Assembly: GCA_026710435.1 (NCBI GenBank)
Contig: JAPOQZ010000266.1
Coordinates: forward strand, 13,609 to 77,608
From: a bacterium
GTDB taxonomy: Bacteria > Actinomycetota > Acidimicrobiia > Spongiisociales > Spongiisociaceae
Direction of reading: 5' to 3'
DNA length: 64,000 nucleotides
This document shows positions 9,564 to 19,549 of this stretch, piece by piece; within the stretch, counting starts at the first letter, position 1, and each line of letters starts with the position of its first letter. Below the pieces are notes generated by a model that worked only from the letters and a program-made list of their open reading frames with translations, was not told the DNA's origin and did not search any database. Made by a program: the position numbers and the translations under genes.

Positions 9564-10436
9564 GTGCAGAGCGGTGCCGAACCACATCTCGCCCCTCGGC
9601 CGCTCGTGATCGACCCGTCGGTCAACTTCCGGCCCTCCACACGGCTCGGCCGGTACGGATACTTCGGGATGGACGACTCGGTCGGTGGGGGGAGCGCCGA
9701 GTTCTTCCTCGAGATGATGGAGGAAGGCGGGGTCGACATGGCCGGCATCATCGCCAACCGGGCGGCGGACGGCGTCGGCGGGGAGGAGATGGGCAACCAT
9801 GTCGACCGGGTCTCTCCGCTGCTCGAGTCCCATCCCGACCGGTTCTTCGGATGGGTCGGAATCAATCCTCTCCTGGGAATGGAGACCATCCGCTACATCC
9901 GGTACGGCATCGAGACGCTGGGTTTCACAGGTGTTCATGTTTACCCGCATTGGTTCGGGCTCGACATCAACCATCGCCGCTACTACCCCGTCTACTCGTT
10001 GTGCGCCGAACTGGGTGTCCCTATTGCCATGCAGGTCGGAAGCCAGTCGATGCGGTCGAGGGCGAAGCTGGTGGCCACCCCGGAGATGGTCGACGATGTG
10101 GCGTTCGACTTTCCCGAGTTGACCTTCGTGGCCATCCACAACGGTTGGCCCTACGAGCGGGAGACGGTCATGCTCGCCAAGAACTACGAGAACGTGTACA
10201 TCCTGGCCGACGGGCACCCGCCCCGCACGTGGCCGCCCGACATCATCGACTACATCACCGAGGCGCAGTGGTGGAACCGGGACGGGTCGCGGAAGGTCAT
10301 GTGGGGCACCGACTGGCCGGTGCAGCGGATGAAGGAGTCGCTCGACGAGGTGCGAGGTCTGGGGCTCCCAGACGATGTGTACAGCAGGCTGGTCGGCGGC
10401 AACGCGGTGCAGATTCTTGGGCTGGGAGCGGGATAG
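9564..10436 (+). CDS. Amidohydrolase family protein (Amidohydro_2)
   Basis: GGAGG RBS + GTG; HPDRFFGWVGINP, YYPVYSLCAELGVP, FPELTFVAIH.GWP, KVMWGTDWP, GGNA. Confidence 0.85.
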   Translation: MQSGAEPHLAPRPLVIDPSVNFRPSTRLGRYGYFGMDDSVGGGSAEFFLEMMEEGGVDMAGIIANRAADGVGGEEMGNHVDRVSPLLESHPDRFFGWVGINPLLGMETIRYIRYGIETLGFTGVHVYPHWFGLDINHRRYYPVYSLCAELGVPIAMQVGSQSMRSRAKLVATPEMVDDVAFDFPELTFVAIHNGWPYERETVMLAKNYENVYILADGHPPRTWPPDIIDYITEAQWWNRDGSRKVMWGTDWPVQRMKESLDEVRGLGLPDDVYSRLVGGNAVQILGLGAG

Positions 10437-11215
10437 TGGACCTCGGATTGGACGGGCGTGTTGTTGCCGTCGCGGGCGCCGGGATCGGCATCGGCAGGGC
10501 GGTGGCGCTAGAGGTAGCGCGGGGCGGGGCCGCGGTGGTGGTCGGCGCTCGGGATCGTGAGGCCTTGCTCGAAGTCACCGGTGCGGTACGAGCCTTGGGC
10601 GGCCAGGCTGGCGCAGCGGTCGGAGATCTCGCAACGGATCGGGGAGTGAACGAGTTGGCCCGGGCAGCGGTTGAAACCTTCGGGAGGCTGGACGGTCTGG
10701 TCTGCTGCGTCGGATCGACTCCTCTCGGTGACTTCTCGGCTGTGACCGACGGCCAATGGCAGCAGGCCTTCGAGATGAAGATGCTGGCGACCATCAGGGC
10801 GATCAGAGCGGCTCGCCCTCACCTGGCGCTGAGCGGTGACGGTCGGGTGGTGGTGATCACCGGTAACGCTTCCCGTGTTCGCTTTCCCTTCCTCCTCACG
10901 TCCACCGTCATGAACTCGGGGCTTGAGAGCCTGGTGTCGTCTCTGGCCGGCCAACTCGCCGGTGACGGGATCGCCATCAACGCGGTGTCGCCGGGTCCCG
11001 TCGACACGAGGCGGTACGAAGGGCTGGTCGAGGCGGTGGCGGTCCACGCGGACCTGGATCCGTCGTCGGCCCGCCGGAGTATCGAGGCCTCCATCCCGAC
11101 CGGGCGGATCAACCAGCCCGAAGAGGTGGCCCGCCTGGTCGCCTACCTCGTCTCACCCGCCGCGGCCTCGGTCACCGGGGCCACCTACGTGATCGACGGC
11201 GGCCAGAGCTGTTGA
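10436..11215 (+). CDS. SDR family oxidoreductase
   Basis: GTG overlaps the upstream stop; VAGAGIGIGRAVA, FGRLDGLV, INAVSPGPVDT, VTGATYVIDGG. Confidence 0.9.
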   Translation: MDLGLDGRVVAVAGAGIGIGRAVALEVARGGAAVVVGARDREALLEVTGAVRALGGQAGAAVGDLATDRGVNELARAAVETFGRLDGLVCCVGSTPLGDFSAVTDGQWQQAFEMKMLATIRAIRAARPHLALSGDGRVVVITGNASRVRFPFLLTSTVMNSGLESLVSSLAGQLAGDGIAINAVSPGPVDTRRYEGLVEAVAVHADLDPSSARRSIEASIPTGRINQPEEVARLVAYLVSPAAASVTGATYVIDGGQSC

Positions 11216-11311
11216 TGCGGCGAGGAGTGCCGGCCAACTGCCGAAGCTCTGCATCCGGGAACAACGACACCAATCCGTCCGTGTGCCAGGTAGAACGCCT
11301 CCCACAAGACA

Positions 11312-11521
11312 TCACGGAAGCCGGGACAGAATGATGGACACGGCGACGGCCATCGCGCCCAGGAGAATGCTCCCGAGACCAAGGAGAATGCCCACAATCC
11401 ACATGGTCTGGCGGAAGATCGTTTGCTCAACTCCCCGCAACGCCTCAGAGAGGTCACCTCGCACTTCTGCCTGGCGCGCTTCATCCTTGGCATCCACTAG
11501 TGACTCGGAGACGACGACCAT
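11312..11521 (-). CDS. Small membrane protein (coiled coil + C-terminal TM helix)
   Basis: GGGAGG RBS, 69 aa, hydrophobic WIVGILLGLGSILLGAMAVAVSII. Confidence 0.55.
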   Translation of the reverse strand: MVVVSESLVDAKDEARQAEVRGDLSEALRGVEQTIFRQTMWIVGILLGLGSILLGAMAVAVSIILSRLP

Positions 11522-11590
11522 CGCACCTCCCTCGGTATCTTTGACATGGATAGTCCGGTAGTTCAGTACAGAGAAGTTAACGATAGCTGT

Positions 11591-13135
11591 CTATCCGGAG
11601 AAGAAGTGCTCCCGCAGGTTGCGCTTCAACACCTTCATGCCGGCGTTTCGAGGTAGCGCGTCGATCGTCTCGTAGCGTCGGGGGAGCTTGTAACGGGCCA
11701 GCTGCGAGCGGCACAAACCGTCCAGTTGGTCCACCGGGAGTGGTTCCCCGGGGCGGGTGACGATCACCGCGGTTACCTGTTCGCCCCACCGCTCGGAGGG
11801 GAGCCCGATAACGGCGACGTCGAGGACCGCCGGGTGCCGCAGCAGCACTTCCTCGACATCTCGGGGGTAGATGTTGGCGCCGCCCGAGATGATCATGTCC
11901 TTTTTGCGATCGACGATGTAGTAGTAGTTCTCGTCGTCGACCATCGCCAGGTCGCCGGCCGAGAAGAATCCGTCTTCGGTGGTCGACTCGGCAGTGGCTT
12001 CCGGATTCTTGTAGTACCCGTTCATCAGGTAGGGGGAGCGTGAGTACAGTTCGCCGATCTCTCCGGGACCCACCTGGTTCCCGTCTTCGTCCACGACCCG
12101 CACCTCGGTCATGAACCACGCCGGACCTACGCACCTTTCCTTCCGCATGATGTCGGGTGGCCTCAGGTTGGTGACGATGGCCGCCTCGGTCGATCCGTAG
12201 AGTTCGTGCAGACCGACATCGGGGAACATCCCGTGCACCCACTCCTTGAGCGCCTGCGGGAGGGGCGCGGCGTTGAAGTAGATCACTTCCAGAGAGGACG
12301 TATCGAAGGACGAGATGGTGTCCTCACCGAGGGAACGGACTATGGCTGCGTGGGTAGGAACGAGGAACACGCTGTGAGGTCGGTCCCGCTCGATCATCGA
12401 CAGCAGGCCTTCCGGATCGAAGGCCCGGAGCATGGAAACGGTGCCTCCCGTGTGAACCGCCGCGTATGCGAAGGCGAACCCCGCCCCGTGGTACATGGGA
12501 GCCACCGCGATGGTGCGCCTTCCCGGCCCCAGGCCCCACTCCAGTGCGGTTGCGTAGAAGGTCAGGGTCCGGGAACGATGGCTGATGACCACTCCCTTGG
12601 GATTCCCGGTCGTGCCGGACGTGTAGGCGATGGCGAAGGGATCGGTCTCCGCCACGGGGATCCGCGGGTCGGTGCTCCCCGTAGTCCGGAGGGCATCCTC
12701 GTAACTCGACCCGACCTGTTCCCCTCCCATCGACAGCACGATCGCCGGGTCCTGGGACTCGATCGCATCAGCGGCGCTGGGGGCCAGCGAGTCATCGAGG
12801 ATAAGGGCCCGTGCATCCGAGTGGTCGAAGATGAAGTCGACCTCCGGCGCCGGGGACCGCGGGTTCAGGGGGATCATCACCATGCCCGCCTTGGCGATAC
12901 CGGCTGCCACCTCGCAGTACTCGAGCCGGTTGCCGCTCAGGAAACCGACGTGGTCGCCGGGTCGGAGGCCGGCTCCGATCAGGACGTTGGCGACTCGGTT
13001 GGACCGTTCATCGAGTTCGGCATACGTCTGGGCCCGGTCGCCGTCGATCACCGCGGTGGCGCTCGGTGTGGCGATCGCGAACTCACGGATACCGTTAGCT
13101 ATGTGGAGGTCCGCGCCTCTGGGAAGTATTGCCAT
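11591..13135 (-). CDS. AMP-binding acyl-CoA synthetase
   Basis: YTSGTTGNPKG, ELYGSTE, SAGDL, DRKKDMIISGGANIYP, LPRNAGMKVLK. Confidence 0.95.
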   Translation of the reverse strand: MAILPRGADLHIANGIREFAIATPSATAVIDGDRAQTYAELDERSNRVANVLIGAGLRPGDHVGFLSGNRLEYCEVAAGIAKAGMVMIPLNPRSPAPEVDFIFDHSDARALILDDSLAPSAADAIESQDPAIVLSMGGEQVGSSYEDALRTTGSTDPRIPVAETDPFAIAYTSGTTGNPKGVVISHRSRTLTFYATALEWGLGPGRRTIAVAPMYHGAGFAFAYAAVHTGGTVSMLRAFDPEGLLSMIERDRPHSVFLVPTHAAIVRSLGEDTISSFDTSSLEVIYFNAAPLPQALKEWVHGMFPDVGLHELYGSTEAAIVTNLRPPDIMRKERCVGPAWFMTEVRVVDEDGNQVGPGEIGELYSRSPYLMNGYYKNPEATAESTTEDGFFSAGDLAMVDDENYYYIVDRKKDMIISGGANIYPRDVEEVLLRHPAVLDVAVIGLPSERWGEQVTAVIVTRPGEPLPVDQLDGLCRSQLARYKLPRRYETIDALPRNAGMKVLKRNLREHFFSG

Positions 13136-13208
13136 TTCACCTCACAGCGTCGTCAAAACAGACTACCGAAGCCGTGGTGTCATCCGAGTTGGCAGCGGGC
13201 TCGAAGCT

Positions 13209-13973
13209 TCACTGCGGTGGCGGGAGTTCGTATCCGTCCACAGGTTCGTAGGTGTTGCCGATCGGTCCCCGTACGATCACGAAGAACATGCACCCGTCCA
13301 CCGAGTGCATAGGTCCGTGCACGTCTTCGGGAGGGTGAGCCAGGTAGGCCCCCTCGGTCATCTTTCCGAACGTGGTGTCGATCGTTCCTTCCAGGATGTA
13401 GACCTCCTCCGAGAAGGTGTGCCATTCCGTGTATGGGCTGATCCATTGCGGCAGCAGGCCGTTGATGGATGCTCCCTGCTGGGCGCCGGGGTCGTTCCGC
13501 AGCGCTTTGCGGGAGGCCCCGGCCGGAAAGTCGTCGAACCGAGGCGACTCCCATGGGACCTTCCGGATGTCCACGTAGGACACGTCTCGTTCGGGCTGGA
13601 ACATGGGGCCGGGCCGATCGGACGGATGCCAGTGGGGGGTCTCGGTGAATGAAGCGAAGACAACGGTGCCGGCGGCGGTGCGTATCGGCTCCCGGAGCTT
13701 CCCGGCCGGGTGGAAGGCGTAGCAGTGAGGGTGTAACGTCCGGTCGCCCCAGGTCATCTCGCCCTCGAGGTAGAAGAGGTCCTCGTCCGAAGAGTTGTAG
13801 CCGGTCTCACGCCGCTCGAAGCCAGGTGGAAACTCGACGATGGCCGTTACTCCACCGGTGTCAGCGTCCCGGCTGAGGGGCTTCATCCGGACGGGCTTGT
13901 TGCCACCTGGCAGGTCCAGTTCTACCCAGGCGATGTCGTCGACGTGGATGAAGTCGATGTGCGGACGAGCCAT
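13209..13973 (-). CDS. DUF4437 / ChrR-like bicupin protein
   Basis: MARPHIDFI start; EWHTFSEEVYILEG...HPPEDVHGP cupin motif; GGAGG RBS. Confidence 0.75.
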   Translation of the reverse strand: MARPHIDFIHVDDIAWVELDLPGGNKPVRMKPLSRDADTGGVTAIVEFPPGFERRETGYNSSDEDLFYLEGEMTWGDRTLHPHCYAFHPAGKLREPIRTAAGTVVFASFTETPHWHPSDRPGPMFQPERDVSYVDIRKVPWESPRFDDFPAGASRKALRNDPGAQQGASINGLLPQWISPYTEWHTFSEEVYILEGTIDTTFGKMTEGAYLAHPPEDVHGPMHSVDGCMFFVIVRGPIGNTYEPVDGYELPPPQ

Positions 13974-14005
13974 AGTGGTTCCTTCCTCCTTACTGGTGAG
14001 AAATC

Positions 14006-14854
14006 TCAGTTACCGGTGATGATGTACCCGAGGACTCGGTCCACGTTCTTAGGTACCCAGGCGTCGAATCCCGGCCAGGACCCGTACCGCGCACGGAGTT
14101 CATCGGTCACTGTCAGACAGACGTTATCCCGGAAGCGCTCGGTCATGGCGATTCCGTCCTCGCCGGGCAGGGGATTCTGGCCGCCACCCCTGCGGAACGC
14201 GGCCTCGGTGCGCTCGACGAGGTCCTCGAAATACCTAAGGTAACCGGTGACCCACTCCGGATCTCCCGGCCCCCGGTGCCCACCCATCACCGTGGCGAAT
14301 TCGAGTTCGGAAGCGGCCCGCAGGCTTCGAATGGTTCCCATGATGTCGGTGTCCGGGAGTTCCCGGTAAGGGGTCACGCCCGGTTCCACCAGATCCACGA
14401 AGGTGAGCATCGGTCCTCCGGCGGTCGGGAAGACAAGCGCCGAATTGGTGCGGGAGTGGTTCGGGCCGAAGTGATGGAGCGAGACGCGATAGCTGTCGAA
14501 CTCCAGCAGGTCGATGTCCTCGAGGTGGCGGGTCGGGGCCGGGATGTCCTCATCGCCGCGGTAGGCGAGCCAATCAGCCACAGAATGGTGGGCGATCACC
14601 TCCGCGTCCGGGGCCAGCACATCCGCGCCGGTTATGTGATCCCGATGGTCATGGCTGTACAGGATCCACCTGACCGGTTGGGAGGTGACCGTTCCGATCG
14701 CCTCCCGGTAGGCCCGGGCAGCCACCGGATCGATGGGGTCGGTGGCGATGACGCCGGCACCCGTGACCGCGAAGATGCTGGCGTAGAAGCCCGGGCGCCA
14801 GCGGAAGACGTGGGTTCCCTCACCAAGGTCTTCCACTGTCCAGATGTCGCCCAT
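14006..14854 (-). CDS. MBL-fold metallo-hydrolase
   Basis: SHDHRDH (HxHxDH), GPNHS, GGH; paralog of 42241-43098. Confidence 0.88.
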   Translation of the reverse strand: MGDIWTVEDLGEGTHVFRWRPGFYASIFAVTGAGVIATDPIDPVAARAYREAIGTVTSQPVRWILYSHDHRDHITGADVLAPDAEVIAHHSVADWLAYRGDEDIPAPTRHLEDIDLLEFDSYRVSLHHFGPNHSRTNSALVFPTAGGPMLTFVDLVEPGVTPYRELPDTDIMGTIRSLRAASELEFATVMGGHRGPGDPEWVTGYLRYFEDLVERTEAAFRRGGGQNPLPGEDGIAMTERFRDNVCLTVTDELRARYGSWPGFDAWVPKNVDRVLGYIITGN

Positions 14855-14863
14855 CGGTGAATC

Positions 14864-14970
14864 CTAGGAGGGTGCTGACCAATGACGATTGCTCGGGCCT
14901 GCCGCCCGCCAGCCCAGGAATAATGCCGGCGGTTGCCAGGCCGCTGGTGGATTGCTCAGCACCCTCCTAG
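14864..14970 (+). mobile_element. MITE family A copy 2 (99 bp)
   Basis: CTAG-GAGGGTGCTGA...TCAGCACCCTC-CTAG: perfect terminal inverted repeats and 4-bp duplication. Confidence 0.9.
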
Positions 14971-15136
14971 GACGCTCTGGAATCCTCCGATCCCCGGCTC
15001 GAATCACCGCGGTCTTCTGTGCTTGACTCCGTCACCGTCGAGCGAACCCACCGTTTGAGAGTGCTGCTTTAGATCCTGGGTACGCCTTTGAGAGTCGTGT
15101 TCCGAATAACTCAGTGTTCGGGCGACGGATCGCTTG

Positions 15137-15186
15137 CAGACCAACCACGGGAGCCGCGATACCAGCCGGCTGCGCATAGCGTGAAC
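15137..15186. repeat. Repeat family C copy
   Basis: CAGACCAACCACGGGAGCCG...TGCGCATAGCGTGAAC matches 9231-9280. Confidence 0.55.
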
Positions 15187-15265
15187 GCGCTCTTGTCTGG
15201 ACCAGGTACAAACGGAGAGTCCCGCCTATACGGGTAGTGTCATCCGGAAGCGTCCGGGAGCCAGG

Positions 15266-16054
15266 ATGACCATTCGCCGCAGCATCGTCGATACCCCGCA
15301 TGGCCAGCTTCATGTGCGGGCCATCGCCGGGGAGGGGCGGCCGCTGCTGCTCCTCCACCAGTCGCCCCGGAGCGGGCGCATGTTCGAACCGTTGATGGAG
15401 CGGGTCGGTCGCCCGTCCATGGCGCCGGACCGGATCGGCTACGGGTTCTCCGACCCGGGACCTACCGAACCGACTATCGAGACTTATGCCGAGTCCACCA
15501 TGGCGGTAGTTGACACCGCCGGGTGGGACACCTTCGATGTCCTCGGTATCCACACCGGCTCCATGGAGGCGGTAGCTATCGGAATCGGCTGGCCGGAACG
15601 CGTGAACAGGGTAGCCATCGTGGCGGTGCCCGTGTTCAGCTCGGAGGAGGCCGCCGAGATCGCCTCCCTGTACGCCGAGCCCCGGGCGGTGCCGGTCGAG
15701 GACGGATCCCACCTGCTCGAGTACTGGCAGGCCCGGCTCGTCTGGAGGGACCCTCCCTACGACCTGGCCCACCTCCAGACCCTGACCGTGGAGGAACTCC
15801 TCATAGCCGATCGGGCTCACATCGCCTACCGGGCAGTGGTCGGTTGGCCGATGCAGGAGAAACTTACGCAGCTAGCGGCACCGCTGGTGGTCTTCGCTCC
15901 GCACGACGATCTGGTGGTCCAGACTGCGCACATGCGGGACCGGCTTCCGGGAGGAACGGTCTACTTGGACCTACCCCACATGGATATGGACATCTTTCAC
16001 CGCCATCCCGACGAGATGGCATCGCTGGTCAGGAAGTACCTACCTGCTCGTTAG
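15266..16054 (+). CDS. Alpha/beta hydrolase-fold protein (G-x-H-T-G elbow)
   Basis: PLLLLHQSP, APDRIGYGFSD, DVLGIHTGS. Confidence 0.85.
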   Translation: MTIRRSIVDTPHGQLHVRAIAGEGRPLLLLHQSPRSGRMFEPLMERVGRPSMAPDRIGYGFSDPGPTEPTIETYAESTMAVVDTAGWDTFDVLGIHTGSMEAVAIGIGWPERVNRVAIVAVPVFSSEEAAEIASLYAEPRAVPVEDGSHLLEYWQARLVWRDPPYDLAHLQTLTVEELLIADRAHIAYRAVVGWPMQEKLTQLAAPLVVFAPHDDLVVQTAHMRDRLPGGTVYLDLPHMDMDIFHRHPDEMASLVRKYLPAR

Positions 16055-16140
16055 CCGGGAAGTGCGCCGAGGTGCCGGTGGTAGTGGTTGTCGGCAACGA
16101 GATCGACGCGCGGACGCTACTGGCTCCCCCGTACCGTGCC

Positions 16141-16962
16141 CTATCGATCGATGCGCCACCACACGGTGCAGTGGTGCCCCACCCGGTCCCCGACGTACAT
16201 CCGGCCGTTCTCCTCGGTGACCTGGGACTCCAGGAGTGGCCGTAACTCGGGGCGTCGGGCGATGGGCAAGGTCACCCGCTGCCCGTAGAAGGCGATAATC
16301 TCATCCCAGTTCCGGAACCAGAGGGTTGAAGGTCGTTCCCACCGTTCCACATCCGGGCGGATACCGAGTTCCTCGATGATCACCTCCACCAGATCATCGA
16401 CCGAAGGGCCTCCCGGCCGGTCGACACCGTGAACAGCTGTGAAGAGAGGCGCTGTAACGACTCGGGGGTGACGCTGCGTCATCTCGATCACAACGCCGCG
16501 CCGGGCGGTGTCGTTGAGAGCCCTGATGAAGGGGCCGATGCCCGGCACGTCGTAGACGACGTGGGCCGAGATGACAACATCTGCCTGCTCGACGTCGGCC
16601 GCTGCTTCAGGCCATCGTCCCCGGACCAGCCTGGCGGCAACCCCCAGCCGGGCCGCGTCCTCCTCGAATCCGCCGGCCATTCCGTCATCGGGCTCCACTG
16701 CGGTGAGGTTGTAGCCCAACTCGGCCAGCGGGAGGGAGGCCCGTCCCCTCCCCGCTCCGACATCAAGCACGGAGCCATGGTCACCGAGCAAGTTCCGGGC
16801 GATATCGCGGGTGACCGGGGGTGGTGCAGAGCGAGCAACCGCGGACATGCGTTCCCAGATCCAGGGTTGCCAGCCGTAAGGTGATTCCTCCGCGGCATCG
16901 AGCAGGCTCCGGGGGATCGCCCACGCCTCCAACTCGGCCCGCCAGCGATCGGTGGCTCTCAA
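16141..16962 (-). CDS. Class I SAM-dependent methyltransferase
   Basis: SVLDVGAGRGR motif I, LTAVEP, ADVVISAHVVY; TTG start behind GGAGG (alternative ATG at 16998). Confidence 0.85.
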   Translation of the reverse strand: MRATDRWRAELEAWAIPRSLLDAAEESPYGWQPWIWERMSAVARSAPPPVTRDIARNLLGDHGSVLDVGAGRGRASLPLAELGYNLTAVEPDDGMAGGFEEDAARLGVAARLVRGRWPEAAADVEQADVVISAHVVYDVPGIGPFIRALNDTARRGVVIEMTQRHPRVVTAPLFTAVHGVDRPGGPSVDDLVEVIIEELGIRPDVERWERPSTLWFRNWDEIIAFYGQRVTLPIARRPELRPLLESQVTEENGRMYVGDRVGHHCTVWWRIDR

Positions 16963-17139
16963 CCCTGCACCTCCTGGCCGGATCCCGGCCGCGGGCATCC
17001 CGACACCTTCACTCGCTCCATTCGAGGACACTCTATCCGCTCTGCAGCGACCATGACCCGGTATCCGGATCGGGCGCCTGGTCTCGAGATCGATGTACGC
17101 GGATCCGCTCCGGTCCACCGACCACCAACCGGTAACGGA

Positions 17140-18627
17140 TCACCGCCTGACGGCCGACCTGCGGATCAGGGGGAGGGCTATCACCACGCCGAGGGCGAAG
17201 AGGGCTGCAGCGATGAGCATCAGATCGCCGAAGGCGTCGGCGGAGGCCGAGCGGATCACATGCTCGACTTGGTCAGTCATCTCCCCGTCAAAGGTTGCAA
17301 AGCGGACCTGGGAGAGGTCGTATCCCGAGAGTTCCAGCCCCACGCGGGAGCGAAATTGGGTCGAGAACGTGGCCACGGTTCCGAATAGGGCTACCGACAC
17401 GGAGGCCCCCACCTGGCGCACCGCACTCAGGGAGGCGGTACCGGCCGAAGCGAACGTCGGGGGTACGCTGCTGACCACCGCAGTGCTCTCGGTGGAGAAG
17501 TGCCATCCGAGGCCGAGGCCGAACAGGGCGAGCGGAATGGTGATCATCATCGCCGAGGAGTCGGCGGTTGCCACGAGGCCCAGCCAGACGAGCGTCAGCG
17601 ACATGAAGCCCATGCCCGCGACGAGGGGGCGAGCGAATCCGAGCCGGTCGCTCACCGAGCCGGCTATGTAGGGGCTGAAGATCATCGGTACGAAGACGAT
17701 GGCGAGGATCACCGCTGCGGTCCAGGGGCTCATCGAGAGCAAGGCCTGCAGATAGAGGGTGATCAGGAAGAACACCCCGGTCACTGCGATGTTGACGAAT
17801 ACGCCTATTCTCAGCAGGGTTCCGAAGGATGATCCGGTGAACAGGGCCGGGTCGATCATCGGGTGGCTCGAACGTCGCTCCACCAAGACGAACGCAACAA
17901 TAGCCACGAGGGCCAACGCCAGGCTGCCCACGACGATCGGCGCTGTCAAGCCGCGCCTGCCTGCCTCGACGAAGCCGAAACTGAGGAAGAAGAGAGCCAC
18001 GGTGGCGGTTGCTATCCCTGGGTAGTCGACCGTGGTCTGGCGCCGTACTCGGTCGTCGGGAACGACCCTGAACAGCCCGAGCGCCCCGACGACGGTGAAC
18101 GCGGCCGTGGTCCAGAAGATGGAGGGCCATGCCAGGTTCTCGACCAGCCAGCCTGCCATCAAAGGACCGGCGATCAGGGCGCCGGAGGAGAGTCCGATCC
18201 ATATCCCGACCGCGCGGCCCCGCTCCCGCTCCGTGAAGACAACTCCGATGTTGGCGAGCGCATTCGGAAACAGCAGCGCCATGCCGAAGCCCTGCACCGC
18301 CCGTGCGCCGAGCAACGGTCCCACCGAGGGTGCGAAAGCCGCCGCGACCGTCCCCGCCAGGTAGAGCCAGTAACCGATGAGCATCGCGCGGCGCCGGCCG
18401 TACACGTCCCCCAGTGAAGCGCTCACCGGTAGCAGGGTGGCGTTGCCCAGTGCGAACATGACGGTGATCCACTGCAGGTCCGAGATGGACGCCCCCAGAT
18501 CAGCCCCCATCGTGGGCAGCGCGACGATGACCATCGTGCCGTCGAGGTTCGGGATTGCCAGCGCGGGGAGGAGGGCTACGAGCACCCACCACCGGTCGCG
18601 ACCGGACGGAGTGGGCGGTGACACCAA
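17140..18627 (-). CDS. MFS transporter (DHA2-type, about 14 TM)
   Basis: LDGTMVIVALPTM, LGDVYGRRR, ARAVQGFG, ERGRAVGIW, WPSIFW. Confidence 0.92.
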   Translation of the reverse strand: MVSPPTPSGRDRWWVLVALLPALAIPNLDGTMVIVALPTMGADLGASISDLQWITVMFALGNATLLPVSASLGDVYGRRRAMLIGYWLYLAGTVAAAFAPSVGPLLGARAVQGFGMALLFPNALANIGVVFTERERGRAVGIWIGLSSGALIAGPLMAGWLVENLAWPSIFWTTAAFTVVGALGLFRVVPDDRVRRQTTVDYPGIATATVALFFLSFGFVEAGRRGLTAPIVVGSLALALVAIVAFVLVERRSSHPMIDPALFTGSSFGTLLRIGVFVNIAVTGVFFLITLYLQALLSMSPWTAAVILAIVFVPMIFSPYIAGSVSDRLGFARPLVAGMGFMSLTLVWLGLVATADSSAMMITIPLALFGLGLGWHFSTESTAVVSSVPPTFASAGTASLSAVRQVGASVSVALFGTVATFSTQFRSRVGLELSGYDLSQVRFATFDGEMTDQVEHVIRSASADAFGDLMLIAAALFALGVVIALPLIRRSAVRR

Positions 18628-18695
18628 GGCACGTTACTACCTAGTAGCGGAGGCCGCGTGGCTGCGAGGGTGCTATCTTCCCGCGGGGCTCTTTT

Positions 18696-18791
18696 CTAGG
18701 AGGGTGCTGAGCAATCCACCAGCGGCCTGCCAAATGCCGGGGCTGGCGGGCGGCAGGTCCGAGCAATCGTCATTGTTCAGCACCGTCCTTG
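18696..18791 (-). mobile_element. MITE family A copy 3 (inverted, small internal deletion)
   Basis: CTAG-GAGGGTGCTGAGCAATCC...TTGTTCAGCACCGTC-CTTG. Confidence 0.85.
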
Positions 18792-18808
18792 GGGTCCGCG
18801 GTCGGAAC

Positions 18809-19543
18809 ATGACCGATGTCCGCTTGGAGGGTGACGTGTTCGAACCTTACGCACTCCTGAAGACCCTGCATATCTTGCTGATCGCCACCTGGTTGGGGAT
18901 GGACTTCGGCACCTTCATCTCCTACAAGAAGATGCGGGATCCGTCGCTCTCGATCGACACCCGCAAGCAGATGTATCGCGTGTTCGCGTTGATCGACATG
19001 GGTCCTCGGTCCTCGCTGGTCCTGATGCTGACCCTCGGAGTAGCTCTCAGCCACATGGGTAGCTGGGCCTTCGCCGGTGCCGGAGGCCGCGCCTTCGCCA
19101 TTGTCACGGCCATAGTCGGGATCCTCTGGGTGGCCGGACTGTGGCACCAGTACTGGGTCCATGAAGCTCTCCCCGACAATCCACGCCCGGAACTTCACGT
19201 CAGGGCGCAAAAGGTATTCCGCCCCGTCGACATCTGGCTGAGGGTGGGGCTGGCCGGGGGACTGGCGGTCGCCGCGGTGGTCTCCCTCGCCGGTGCGGAA
19301 GGACCGATCTACGCCGACTGGCTGGCCTGGAAGCTCATCCTGTTCGCGGGAATCGTCATGTCGGGTGTGGGGATCAGGATGTTCCTACCTGCGGTCGCGT
19401 CAGCGGTGAAAGACATCTTCACCAAGGGATCGACGCCTGAGAGGGAGGCGGCGCTGACCGAGGGATCGAGGCGAACCGTCCGGTTCGTCTACGCCATCTG
19501 GGTGCTGATCATCGCCATCACCTGGGTGGCGATCGCGGGGTAG
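18809..19543 (+). CDS. Uncharacterised multi-pass membrane protein
   Basis: About 6-7 hydrophobic helices; LHILL...WLGMDFG, D..PR, WLAWKLILF; paralog of 63522-64000; alternative GTG start at 18836. Confidence 0.75.
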   Translation: MTDVRLEGDVFEPYALLKTLHILLIATWLGMDFGTFISYKKMRDPSLSIDTRKQMYRVFALIDMGPRSSLVLMLTLGVALSHMGSWAFAGAGGRAFAIVTAIVGILWVAGLWHQYWVHEALPDNPRPELHVRAQKVFRPVDIWLRVGLAGGLAVAAVVSLAGAEGPIYADWLAWKLILFAGIVMSGVGIRMFLPAVASAVKDIFTKGSTPEREAALTEGSRRTVRFVYAIWVLIIAITWVAIAG

Positions 19544-19549
19544 TCCGAA

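Noticed and set aside
9473-10435. Long N-terminal extensions of track ORFs (9473, 22919, 29291, 31107, 36553, 37963 minus strand, 59594, 61830)
   Set aside because: These are shadow frames overlapping real genes or MITEs in high-GC DNA. RBS positions and homology place the starts downstream.
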